Shown: in pieces, positions 19,762-28,063 of the stretch
Layout of the letters: every line of letters begins with the position of its first letter
Position numbering within the stretch: the first letter of the stretch is position 1
Source of the DNA: Clostridiales bacterium UBA7273
GTDB lineage: Bacteria; Bacillota; Clostridia; Oscillospirales; Oscillospiraceae
Length of the DNA: 64,000 nucleotides
Direction of reading: 5' to 3'
Assembly (NCBI GenBank): GCA_002472405.1
Contig: DKRV01000032.1
Location: 3,983-67,982 of the forward strand
Notes under the pieces: generated by a model
The model's input: the letters and a program-made list of their open reading frames with translations, nothing else
Databases searched by the model: none
What the model was told of the DNA's origin: nothing
Program-made: the position numbers and the translations under genes

Positions 19762-20971
19762 GGCTTTTTGCCTCACTTTCATCTACAGTGCATTTTATAA
19801 GTCCGTCGCTGACGCTGAGCCTGAGCTTATCGCCCTTATTCACGTCGCCGACGCTTTTTATAAGCTCGCCGCTTTCGCTTGACGCAATCGCATAGCCCCT
19901 GCCGAGGACCTTGAGCGGACTCATAGCATCAAGCGATGCCGCAAGCGCAACGAATTTATGTCTGTTTGCCGCATTTGTCTTTTCGGCAGCGGCAATTAGC
20001 TTGCCACGAACATAGTCAAGCTCTGTGCGCTTGGTATCGACATATGCCATGGGATCAAGCAGGACACGGCGGTTTCTTATATCGTCGAGCCGAGTATTCA
20101 TGCGGCTGAGGCTCTTCTGCATAGCCTGCGTCTGACGTATGTTCATATTCATAAGATACTCGCGTATCTCGGCCTCGTCGGGAACGGCGATCTCTGCCGC
20201 ATTTGACGGAGTGGATGCTCGAACGTCGGCAACATAGTCGGCTATTGTAACATCCGGCTCATGTCCCACAGCGGAGATGACCGGCAGCTCGGACTCATAT
20301 ATTGCGCGCGCCACACGCTCATCGTTAAATGCCCACAGGTCTTCGATCGAACCGCCGCCGCGGCCTGTTATTATGAGGTCTGCGACCTTGTGCTTATTTG
20401 CGTAGCGTATCGCGCCGACTATCTCCGGCGGAGCTTCAATGCCCTGAACGCGAACCGGTAAAAGCACGACCTTCGTCATGCTCCAGCGTGTGCCGAGTAT
20501 GCGTATCATATCGTGAACCGCCGCTCCGGCGGACGAGGTAATGATAGCAATTTTCTTTGGAAAAGTCGGAAGCGGCTTTTTGTGTGCCGGATCAAACAGT
20601 CCTTCGGCCGCAAGCTTTGCCTTAAGCTGCTCATAGGCTATCTGAAGATCGCCAGTTCCCTCGGGGATAAGGTCAGTGCAGTAAAGCTGATACGCACCGT
20701 CGCGCGGAAAGACCGATATACGTCCAAAAGCAGTGACGCCCATTCCGCTTTCGGGGCGAAAGCGCAGCTTGGACGCACTGCTTTTGAACATGACGCAGCG
20801 AAGGCTGCTCTCGGCATCCTTCAGCGTAAAGTAATGATGGCCAGACGGATATATCTTATAGTTGGATAATTCGCCGCGCACACAGACTTTGTTCAGGATC
20901 GGTTCGCCGTCGATAAGCGTCTTGATTATCTGGTTAAGCTCTGATACGGTAATGCTGTTCTGGCTCATCAC
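19754..20971 (-). CDS. xseA: exodeoxyribonuclease VII large subunit
   Basis: 405 aa with an N-terminal OB-fold (VRGELSN...SGHHYFTLKD) and a catalytic core (ITGRGGGSIEDLW). Confidence 0.92.
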   Translation of the reverse strand: MMSQNSITVSELNQIIKTLIDGEPILNKVCVRGELSNYKIYPSGHHYFTLKDAESSLRCVMFKSSASKLRFRPESGMGVTAFGRISVFPRDGAYQLYCTDLIPEGTGDLQIAYEQLKAKLAAEGLFDPAHKKPLPTFPKKIAIITSSAGAAVHDMIRILGTRWSMTKVVLLPVRVQGIEAPPEIVGAIRYANKHKVADLIITGRGGGSIEDLWAFNDERVARAIYESELPVISAVGHEPDVTIADYVADVRASTPSNAAEIAVPDEAEIREYLMNMNIRQTQAMQKSLSRMNTRLDDIRNRRVLLDPMAYVDTKRTELDYVRGKLIAAAEKTNAANRHKFVALAASLDAMSPLKVLGRGYAIASSESGELIKSVGDVNKGDKLRLSVSDGLIKCTVDESEAKSHG

Positions 20972-21456
20972 ACAGTCTCCGTTATATCCTGCGTGCTTTC
21001 GTCCTCGGAGAACTCGCCGCGCATAATGCCGCCGAGGATACCGTTTATAAACGAAACGGTTTCCGGCTCGTCATAGCCTTTTGCAAGCTCAACGGCTTCA
21101 TTTATTGCTGCGTTTGCCGGAATATCATCCATATACATGATTTCGCTTACTGCACAGCGGAGGATAGACATTGCGGTTTTCGACATTCTCTCCGGCTTCC
21201 AGCCCTGTGCGTATTTTTCAATAAGCTTGTCTATCTGAATGCGGTAATCATAAACCGTTTTAACAAGACGCGAGATATACTCCTGCTGCTTTTTCTCCGG
21301 ATATTCGGAAAACAGCTCGTTTTCCTCTGCAAGAGTATCGTAATACTCCTTGTTGAAAAACTCATTGAGCAGCTCGTCCACGTCTTTTTCGCTTGTGCAT
21401 GCATAAAAGCTCAGCTGAACCGCAATTTCTCTGGCGGTAGTTCTCTTCATCCTCAA
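20968..21456 (-). CDS. nusB: transcription antitermination factor NusB
   Basis: 162 aa with a NusB fold pattern (RTTAREIAVQ...ILRCAVSEIMYMDDIP..AAINEAVELAK). Confidence 0.9.
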   Translation of the reverse strand: MRMKRTTAREIAVQLSFYACTSEKDVDELLNEFFNKEYYDTLAEENELFSEYPEKKQQEYISRLVKTVYDYRIQIDKLIEKYAQGWKPERMSKTAMSILRCAVSEIMYMDDIPANAAINEAVELAKGYDEPETVSFINGILGGIMRGEFSEDESTQDITETV

Positions 21457-21468
21457 ATACCTCGTGTT

Positions 21469-21831
21469 TTACTTCTCAAAAGCCACGCCGGATACGTGAA
21501 CGTTGATCTCGGCCTTCTCAATTCCGGTAACGGCCTGGACGACCTCGCCGACGGAGTTCTGCACCTCGCGCGCGACGTTTACTATATTGCAGCCGTAGCG
21601 GACAAGAATGATAACATCGACCTTAACGGTGTCGTCAATTATCTGAACGGTGATGCCCTTGGACATGGTTTTTATTCCGATAAGCTCTGCTATTTCGCCG
21701 GTCGTCGTGTTGGATATCGCAGCAACGCCGTCTACCTCGGTGACGGCAGTGCGCACCATTGCGGAAATGACTTCTTCGGATATATTTATGCTGCCGTTTT
21801 CGGCTTTGCAGCTAATGTAATTTTCGCTCAT
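21469..21831 (-). CDS. Asp23/Gls24-family envelope stress protein
   Basis: ORF 21469..21903 trimmed to Met25 (MSENYISCKAENGSINISEEVI), which has GGAGG 8 nt upstream. It has the Asp23-type pattern (ISEEVISAMVRTAVTEVDGV). Confidence 0.85.
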   Translation of the reverse strand: MSENYISCKAENGSINISEEVISAMVRTAVTEVDGVAAISNTTTGEIAELIGIKTMSKGITVQIIDDTVKVDVIILVRYGCNIVNVAREVQNSVGEVVQAVTGIEKAEINVHVSGVAFEK

Positions 21832-21909
21832 GTTATGCCTCCGTTTTGTCTGCACCATGGGTGCAAAAATTCTGTCATAGTATTGTACCACAACATAAGT
21901 CAAAAATAA

Positions 21910-21938
21910 AGAAAAAAGACGGGAAATTCCCGTCTTTT
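21910..21938 (-). terminator. rho-independent terminator after spoIIIAH (bidirectional shape)
   Basis: AAAAAAGACGGG-aaatt-CCCGTCTTTTTT, immediately after the spoIIIAH stop. Confidence 0.7.
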
Positions 21939-22478
21939 TTACGATGGAACCTCTATAACATTAAGCTGAGCGGCAGTATACGAGGTTTCGGAGGTCACCG
22001 TTTCGGTTATTCTCGCAACGGCCGCTTCGCTCAACCCGTCTTTAGGCGCCGGAACGGCAACTGTTATGGAGTCTTCACTCATATACACAACGCAGTCGGA
22101 AAAGTCCTTTGCAAGCAGCTTATTTTCAAGCTGCGATTCCTTCATCGAATAGTTTGCCATTGCTGATATGGACGTCATTGCAGAATCTATGGTCTCCTGA
22201 GAGGCCGTGTCGGATTTCACCGCATCCTCTAGAAGCTTTATAGCCTCGTCGCGTGATACCTGACGATTGAGCCTGGCCTCGGCAAAGTAGCCGGTTGAGC
22301 TTTTGGTGTTTGCCGCTTCATACGCTTCGTTTGCCGCCTGCATTGCCGCGTCCTCTGCCTTGACCATAGCAGGATCTGCCGTTCCCCACTTGTTGTTGTA
22401 CGACCAGTTGAGATATACCGCCGCGCATACGAGCAGCAGCACCGCAGCAATAGTCACGTTTCTTTTAAGATGCTTCAT
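21939..22478 (-). CDS. spoIIIAH: stage III sporulation protein AH
   Basis: 179 aa with an N-terminal TM helix (VTIAAVLLLVCAAVYLNW). It has a YscJ/FliF-like C-terminal domain with an ARLNRQVSRDEAI segment and is last in the spoIIIA order. Confidence 0.75.
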   Translation of the reverse strand: MKHLKRNVTIAAVLLLVCAAVYLNWSYNNKWGTADPAMVKAEDAAMQAANEAYEAANTKSSTGYFAEARLNRQVSRDEAIKLLEDAVKSDTASQETIDSAMTSISAMANYSMKESQLENKLLAKDFSDCVVYMSEDSITVAVPAPKDGLSEAAVARITETVTSETSYTAAQLNVIEVPS

Positions 22479-22479
22479 T

Positions 22480-22821
22480 TTACCCTCCTATATTCGGCGC
22501 AGTTTTTATTACCTGAATACTGTCGCTTGAAAAGCCGGTGAATGCTTCAACAGCCTTGATGACCGACAGGCGCACCGCGGCATCATCCGCACCGTCGCAC
22601 ACGATAACGGCGCCGGTTTCGGACAAAAGTGCAGTCACATTGCCGACACCGTCGCACCTTTGCAGAACCGCCGCAAGGCGCTGCTCGTCTGTCTGCGAGC
22701 TTACGCTCTGACTCGAGCTTCCGCCTATCGGCAGGAGCATTATTATCAGGCCGAGCACAAGCGCGAGGAGCGGATACTTAAACTTATTCAGTTGAGCTTT
22801 GAGTCTGTCACCCATTTTCAC
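22480..22821 (-). CDS. spoIIIAG: stage III sporulation protein AG (short form)
   Basis: 113 aa with one TM helix (YPLLALVLGLIIMLLPIG), a Ser/Gln linker and a roughly 70-aa alpha/beta domain (RLAAVLQRCDGVGNVTALL...AVIVCDGADD...VIKAVEAFTG). The call rests mainly on position between AF and AH. Confidence 0.65.
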   Translation of the reverse strand: MKMGDRLKAQLNKFKYPLLALVLGLIIMLLPIGGSSSQSVSSQTDEQRLAAVLQRCDGVGNVTALLSETGAVIVCDGADDAAVRLSVIKAVEAFTGFSSDSIQVIKTAPNIGG

Positions 22822-23305
22822 CGTCGCTCCAATCCTGATTTTCGGCGCTTATACCGAGCTGCGTCTGAATGCAGTCGGAAAGTTTGGCCCGCTGATTTTC
22901 ATCTGCCTCGGATACGATGCGCACCTCATGCGGATACCAGTAGCCGTCGGTGCTCCACTCTGCCGTTACCGTAACTTCGGCAAGCTCTATGCCCGTTTCA
23001 TCGGCTTTGTCCAATATATATGCCCGGCATTCGTCCTCTATGATAGTCCGATTCAAATTTTTGCTGTACTGCTCGCCCTGATTGGCGTACTGCTCGGCGT
23101 CAAGCTTGCAGCGCGCCATTGCTTTTGAATACGCATCAAAGTCAAGCTCCGATAAAGGCGAAACTATTGCAGCGCACATTGCCACGGCGCAGAGAATTTT
23201 AAGCGCGTTTTTAACTCTGCCGTCCGGCGAGAGCATGAGCGCAATTGAGCACACGACGCCTGTGTATATGACCGCGTGCAGCCATTGACCGAATAAATCC
23301 GCCAT
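22808..23305 (-). CDS. spoIIIAF: stage III sporulation protein AF
   Basis: ORF 22808..23407 trimmed to Met35 (MADLFGQWLHAVIYTGVVCSIALML). Its ATG overlaps the spoIIIAE TAA (TAATG). It has two N-terminal TM helices plus a soluble C-terminal domain. Confidence 0.7.
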   Translation of the reverse strand: MADLFGQWLHAVIYTGVVCSIALMLSPDGRVKNALKILCAVAMCAAIVSPLSELDFDAYSKAMARCKLDAEQYANQGEQYSKNLNRTIIEDECRAYILDKADETGIELAEVTVTAEWSTDGYWYPHEVRIVSEADENQRAKLSDCIQTQLGISAENQDWSDGENG

Positions 23306-24360
23306 TATCCGCCCACCGCCTTTATGGATACTGCCATTGACACAAACAGGATCGTCGCGCAGCATCCTGCAAGACCGAGTATCATTCCTATCGCAGAGCC
23401 GATACAATCTGTCAGCTCACCGAGTCTTGTGCAGCTGAACGCTTTTACTGCCGCCGCCGTAAGCTTATAACCTATGTAGTTGAGCGCCATCAAGGCAAAC
23501 GGAGATATGCAGATCGCAAGCAGTGCTATCATACCGAACACGCCAAGCGTGTTGCGCATTGCTTCGGCTCCTGCCACCACGGTTCCGGCAGCGTCGGATA
23601 TTATTCCGCCGACAACCGGCAGTGCGGTCGATATCGCGGTTTTGGCAAGCTTTGAGGCAACGGCATCACCGCCTGACGCAACGACCGAGCTTATGCTAAT
23701 ATACGCAGTGAAGCCGAGCGCTGCCGCGGTCATCAAGAGCGTGCATACGCGTTTTAAGAGTCCGGATATATCCTTAAGGCTTTTGCTGTCAAACGATGAT
23801 GACGCTATTCCGACAGCAAGGTAGGCGTATATAAGCGGCAGTACGACGCTACGGGCTATTGTCAAAAATGAATCCAAAAACAGCACCGACGCTGCGTAAT
23901 TTACCGTTGCAGAGGATAGGGTTCCGCATGCCGCGGACGCTGCACACATTGCAGGCAGCAGCGTTTTTGAAAAGCCCGACAGCGCTGTTATCACATCGGT
24001 GCCGTATGAGATGAAGGAATTGACGTCCGAGACACTTATTACAGCTATTGCCGCGCATCCTCCGAGCGATACATACTCGGGTGCATCATCGCAGAACACG
24101 GTTAATACCGCACAGATTACCGCAACGGCGATTATGCTCAAAGCGCGCTTTATCACTCCGCTTAGGCCGCCGGACAGCGTCTCGGTTAAGGCACTTTCTA
24201 TTTGCTCAAGTCCCTCGTTTGCCGGTTTAGACACTTCACCTGCCAGATCTCGGGCATAATCGGGCAGCGAGTCTTGAAGCGAGGCATCGTCATAAGGCGC
24301 TGCGCTGCACGGTGTTATCAAAAGCAGCGAGAATATTAAAATAAATATCAACTTTTTCAT
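23305..24360 (-). CDS. spoIIIAE: stage III sporulation protein AE
   Basis: 351 aa with a signal peptide followed by a polytopic membrane protein of about 7 TM helices. Position and size match SpoIIIAE. Confidence 0.85.
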   Translation of the reverse strand: MKKLIFILIFSLLLITPCSAAPYDDASLQDSLPDYARDLAGEVSKPANEGLEQIESALTETLSGGLSGVIKRALSIIAVAVICAVLTVFCDDAPEYVSLGGCAAIAVISVSDVNSFISYGTDVITALSGFSKTLLPAMCAASAACGTLSSATVNYAASVLFLDSFLTIARSVVLPLIYAYLAVGIASSSFDSKSLKDISGLLKRVCTLLMTAAALGFTAYISISSVVASGGDAVASKLAKTAISTALPVVGGIISDAAGTVVAGAEAMRNTLGVFGMIALLAICISPFALMALNYIGYKLTAAAVKAFSCTRLGELTDCIGSAIGMILGLAGCCATILFVSMAVSIKAVGG

Positions 24361-24743
24361 ATCAGTCCGCCGATCGTTTCCAAAAGTGAGCTTATTACCG
24401 GAATCGCCGTGAACAGCGCTGCGGCAGACCCTAACATTTCAAGCGACGAGGCAATGCCGCTTTGCCCTGCATCCTTGCACAGGCCGGAGACTATCTTTAC
24501 TATGATTGCAATGCCGACGCATTTGATTATCGGCATGAACAGCGCCGAGCTGAGACCTGTTTGACCTATTGCATAGCGAACAAGCTCTATTATGCTGCCG
24601 AAAAGCTGTGCTGCGGCAAAGCAAATAACAGCCGCCGCCGCGATTGCCACGACAAGACCGATCTCTCCGTTGTTCTTTTTAATAAGCAATATGCAAAGTG
24701 CCGAAACAGCTGCGATTGCAGATGCTTTTATCACTATCTCCAT
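24357..24743 (-). CDS. spoIIIAD: stage III sporulation protein AD
   Basis: 128 aa with 4 TM helices, beginning MEIVIKASAIAA and containing GIAIIVKIVSGLCKDAGQSGIAS, typical of SpoIIIAD. Confidence 0.85.
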   Translation of the reverse strand: MEIVIKASAIAAVSALCILLIKKNNGEIGLVVAIAAAAVICFAAAQLFGSIIELVRYAIGQTGLSSALFMPIIKCVGIAIIVKIVSGLCKDAGQSGIASSLEMLGSAAALFTAIPVISSLLETIGGLI

Positions 24744-24937
24744 CAGAGCTGAAACAGATCTTTTATGAGCATAAAAAGCTCGCTGATCTTTTGAACCACA
24801 ACGATCAGCACAACGACCAGCGCCGCGATCGTTGTCATAAGCGCCTGCTCGTCCCTCCCTGATCGCGACAGCAATATGTTAAGAACTGCGACCAGGATGC
24901 CTACGGCCGCTATTTTGAATATAAGCTCAACTTCCAT
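24743..24937 (-). CDS. spoIIIAC: stage III sporulation protein AC
   Basis: 64 aa with 2 TM helices (IFKIAAVGILVAVLNILLSRSGRDEQALMTTIAALVVVL), typical of SpoIIIAC. Confidence 0.85.
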   Translation of the reverse strand: MEVELIFKIAAVGILVAVLNILLSRSGRDEQALMTTIAALVVVLIVVVQKISELFMLIKDLFQL

Positions 24938-24953
24938 TTTTCCTCCGGTATAC

Positions 24954-25463
24954 TCAGATAAGCACGATGGCTATGATAAGTCCCATGGCTCCGCCGACGC
25001 CTATGTACATTCTTTTGTTTGCGCCGAGCAATAAGCGCAAGTTTTGCTGCTCAAGACTCATCTCGTTTATGCAGCGGTCTATCGCCGCGCACTGCATGGC
25101 GCCGTCATATCTACCAAGGCTTGCTCCAAGCTCCTCAACGGCCGAAAGCGCTCGCTCTGACAGACCTTGCAGATTATCCCGAGCGGCGCTACACCATATG
25201 CCGCAGAACGAATCCTCGCCGAGCTTTTCAAAGCTGCGTCTTACCTGTGATATGAATCTTCCCGTATCACCGTTAGCCGAGCCTGCCGCTCTTCCAAGTG
25301 TTACGTCAAGCGGAGCTGATAAAGTTGCGATCTCGCTTTTTATAAGCGTCAGTACGGCTATCAGTGTGCCGTAGGTCTTGTCCAGCTCGCTCAGGCTGCG
25401 CGCTTTCATTATCCCTGCCGCCGTGCAGGAGAACATTATGAGCATTGCGCCTATAATATTCAT
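24954..25463 (-). CDS. spoIIIAB: stage III sporulation protein AB
   Basis: 169 aa with N- and C-terminal TM helices flanking a GspF-like cytoplasmic domain. It lies between AA and AC. Confidence 0.8.
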   Translation of the reverse strand: MNIIGAMLIMFSCTAAGIMKARSLSELDKTYGTLIAVLTLIKSEIATLSAPLDVTLGRAAGSANGDTGRFISQVRRSFEKLGEDSFCGIWCSAARDNLQGLSERALSAVEELGASLGRYDGAMQCAAIDRCINEMSLEQQNLRLLLGANKRMYIGVGGAMGLIIAIVLI

Positions 25464-26326
25464 TGCAGCATCTCCAATCTGTACGAGCGAACGCCGGCAT
25501 TGTTTTCAATGACGACTATGCTTTTAAAAACATCCTGTGCCAAAAGAAGTCTGTATACATTGCGGCGCTTAAGGTCTGAAACAGACGCTGCGTGCGCCGT
25601 TGCAATGACGCGCACTCCGCATCCGACGGCGGAGGCTGCCGCGAGGCAATCCTCCGGCGAGGATATCTCGTCCATAGCTATTACCTGCGGATTCATGGAG
25701 CGCAGAAGCATAAGCGCTGCCTCTGACTTTGGAATGTCGGACATGACGTCGCTCACTGGACCAATGTCAAACTGCGGAACACCGCGAAACACTGCCGCAA
25801 GCTCGCTTCTCTCGTCGCACACCGCCACTCTGACACCGGAGCTTGATATGACTCTTATACATTCACGCAGGAAAGTTGTTTTGCCGCCGCCCGGCGGAGA
25901 TATGATGAGTACGTTATCCTTTGCGGTGCAAAGCTTTTTTAATATTTCTCCGCCGCATTCCGTTGTCTGCTTTGGTATTCTGATTGACACCGAGCTTATA
26001 TCCCGAAGCCCTGTCAGTTTTCCGCTGCTTATCACTCCGGTGCCGCATACTCCGATGCGCAAGCCAAAGCCGCAGCTTATAAAGCCCCTGGACATGTCCT
26101 GCCAGACAGAATGAAGTGAGGCATTTGTCGCTTTTTCGAGCACGCAGGCGATATCATCACAAGTAACGGCTTTATCGGCTATTACCTCCTCCCTGCCGCC
26201 GATCAGCGCGCTCGGGTATCGTCCGGCTCTCAGTCTGAATTCCTCGGCAGCTTTGAACCTCTCACCGAGAGCTGCCGCCGTTTTTGACGGCAGCAGCCTG
26301 ACGGCTTCATCATAAGCGCTTTTCAT
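25460..26326 (-). CDS. spoIIIAA: stage III sporulation protein AA (secretion-type ATPase)
   Basis: 288 aa with Walker A SPPGGGKTTFLRE and Walker B VIAMDEI. It is first in the spoIIIA order. Confidence 0.88.
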   Translation of the reverse strand: MKSAYDEAVRLLPSKTAAALGERFKAAEEFRLRAGRYPSALIGGREEVIADKAVTCDDIACVLEKATNASLHSVWQDMSRGFISCGFGLRIGVCGTGVISSGKLTGLRDISSVSIRIPKQTTECGGEILKKLCTAKDNVLIISPPGGGKTTFLRECIRVISSSGVRVAVCDERSELAAVFRGVPQFDIGPVSDVMSDIPKSEAALMLLRSMNPQVIAMDEISSPEDCLAAASAVGCGVRVIATAHAASVSDLKRRNVYRLLLAQDVFKSIVVIENNAGVRSYRLEMLQ

Positions 26327-26328
26327 GT

Positions 26329-27801
26329 TTACACCACCGGGATGAGCAGCAATCTGTCGCTCGGCACTTCCTCGATTTCGTTAATTTGCTTTATAATCTC
26401 TGTGTCCGAGCCGTATTTCTTCGCGAGCGTCCAGAGGTCTCCGTCGGCGCAGCGGCACATATACAGCGCCGCGTTTGGCCTTTCGCGTTCAAGCTCAGTT
26501 TCATCGACCTCGCATATCATGTTGATGTCGGTGTAGTCAAGGTATCTTGCCGATACTACAACACATATGTCGGCGCTAAGGCTATCACCCTTTGCCGATG
26601 CGCTGACGGTGACAGAAGCAACGTGAATTTTGTCCGGCCGGCGTCCGCCCTCGGGCAGATATTGCGCCTTTCCTCTGAGCTTGCACGATCTAAGTGCACC
26701 TTCGCGGTCTTTATATATAAGCTCGGCTGTAACGGGAATAAGCACTTCCGTTTCCGATATCTCGGGACATGAGGCATTCACTGCGGCCGCAATAACGGTT
26801 TCGGCGCCGTAATCGGAATTGTACGAAAGCGTGACAGGGCAGCTTACGCTTATAGTGCTGATACCGGTAAGGCAGCTTAGCTCGCTGCCTGAAAGAGCAA
26901 GCTCTTTTTTGCATGAGTAGGCATCGCATATGTAGCTTCTATTGTGCTCCTGAAGGCATATTATTTCGATCGCTGCGCGTATATCCGCCGAGAGCTTGCC
27001 GTCAAACGCTTCAAAATATTGTCCTGTTATCATGTCGCAGGCAATGACCTCGGGATCGATGCAGTCGTCGGGCAGAGTAAAAAGCTGAGAAAATGGCAGC
27101 GAAAAATGCGCTGATTGCGGAGCTCCGGATACAAGATACAGCGCTTCAATCTCGGCCGTGCCTTTAACCACGAGCTTTGTGCCGATGACCTCGCTGCCGC
27201 CGAGACTTATGCTGCTGAAAGCCTTTACAAAATCTCCGCCTGAAAGCTGCTCGGGGGCCTCCAGCTCATCCTCAACGCTGAGCGTTTTTTCGGATACGAG
27301 GACAATGCTTTTGCATTTAAGCTCACTTGTTTTGAAAAACAGCTTATCCGGCACACTCTCGGGAGGCTCGAACCAGCACATATCCGAGTATTTATAGCAG
27401 CTAAGCTCCATAACGGTGCTTGTGGTAATTGATATTTTCCTCGGGTTTACCGCCTTGGCATCGGCAGTGAGTGCAAGAAGCTTTGTGACGGCAGAGCTGG
27501 TGCTGTCTGCTCCCGGTGCACTGAAGCTGATTTCAAACGGAACAGTCGTTCCCACAACGCGCACGCCATCGCCGGTTTCCGGAATGTACATAACCGTTAC
27601 GTCAATTTCTCCGCTGACACTTACCGCGTCCTGGCTGACGTTTTTTTCGCGTATTCGGCACTGGTGACGGCAGCTGAGGATACGAAGGATATCCTCCAGC
27701 GAGTCCGGCACTATCAGCTCTGCATCGCTATTAGCTTCGGAAACCGAGCTGCACAATTTTTTATACACGCTGCCTTCCCTGCTTTTTAGTTCGATCTTCA
27801 T
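26329..27801 (-). CDS. SipL-like sporulation protein: DUF3794-type repeats plus C-terminal LysM domain
   Basis: ORF 26329..27843 trimmed to Met15 (MKIELKSREG), which has AAGGAG 7 nt upstream. The N-terminal segment AELIVPDSLEDILRILSCRHQCRIREKNVSQDAVSVSGEIDVTVMYIP looks like DUF3794. The C-terminus YMCRCADGDLWTLAKKYGSDTEIIKQINEIEE..DRLLLIP fits LysM. The stop is 2 nt before the spoIIIAA ATG. Confidence 0.55.
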   Translation of the reverse strand: MKIELKSREGSVYKKLCSSVSEANSDAELIVPDSLEDILRILSCRHQCRIREKNVSQDAVSVSGEIDVTVMYIPETGDGVRVVGTTVPFEISFSAPGADSTSSAVTKLLALTADAKAVNPRKISITTSTVMELSCYKYSDMCWFEPPESVPDKLFFKTSELKCKSIVLVSEKTLSVEDELEAPEQLSGGDFVKAFSSISLGGSEVIGTKLVVKGTAEIEALYLVSGAPQSAHFSLPFSQLFTLPDDCIDPEVIACDMITGQYFEAFDGKLSADIRAAIEIICLQEHNRSYICDAYSCKKELALSGSELSCLTGISTISVSCPVTLSYNSDYGAETVIAAAVNASCPEISETEVLIPVTAELIYKDREGALRSCKLRGKAQYLPEGGRRPDKIHVASVTVSASAKGDSLSADICVVVSARYLDYTDINMICEVDETELERERPNAALYMCRCADGDLWTLAKKYGSDTEIIKQINEIEEVPSDRLLLIPVV

Positions 27802-27830
27802 GGCATTTCTCCTTAAATTTGCTTTTGTAC

Positions 27831-27859
27831 ATACTATGCGCACGCCTGCCGCTTAATGA
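27831..27859 (-). promoter_or_regulatory. candidate sigma-E-type promoter for sipL-like/spoIIIA
   Basis: The minus strand reads TCATTAA-14 nt-CATAGTAT, about 30 nt upstream of the ATG at 27801. The match to the sigma-E consensus is partial (5/7 and 6/8). Confidence 0.3.
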
Positions 27860-28005
27860 CACCTAAAAAGCCAAACGCCAAGGCATATCAGCGCAGCCGC
27901 CAGCATGAACCACCAAAACTGCGTAGGCAGTATAAGCGAAAGAATAATAATAACTCCCGAAACAATTGCAATTACAGCGAAAAAAGCACACGGACCTTTA
28001 CGCAA
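27853..28005 (-). CDS. candidate small two-TM membrane protein (50 codons, TTG start)
   Basis: Below the ORF-track size cut-off. Hand translation is (M)RKGPCAFFAVIAIVSGVIIILSLILPTQFWWFMLAALLICLGVWLFRCH*, which has two clean hydrophobic helices. An in-frame TAA lies 9 codons upstream, so TTG is the only candidate start. GGGGGCGG lies upstream but is part of the rsgA terminator stem. Confidence 0.25.
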   Translation of the reverse strand: MRKGPCAFFAVIAIVSGVIIILSLILPTQFWWFMLAAALICLGVWLFRCH

Positions 28006-28053
28006 AAAACCGCCCCCAGCACACGCGTTTTATAAAACGTATGCCGGAGGCGG
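28004..28053 (-). terminator. rho-independent terminator after rsgA
   Basis: The minus strand reads CCGCCUCCGGCAUACG-loop-CGCGUGUGCUGGGGGCGG, about 16 bp with G-U pairs, followed by UUUUUU. It starts about 10 nt after the rsgA stop. Confidence 0.7.
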
Positions 28054-28063
28054 ATTTGATATT

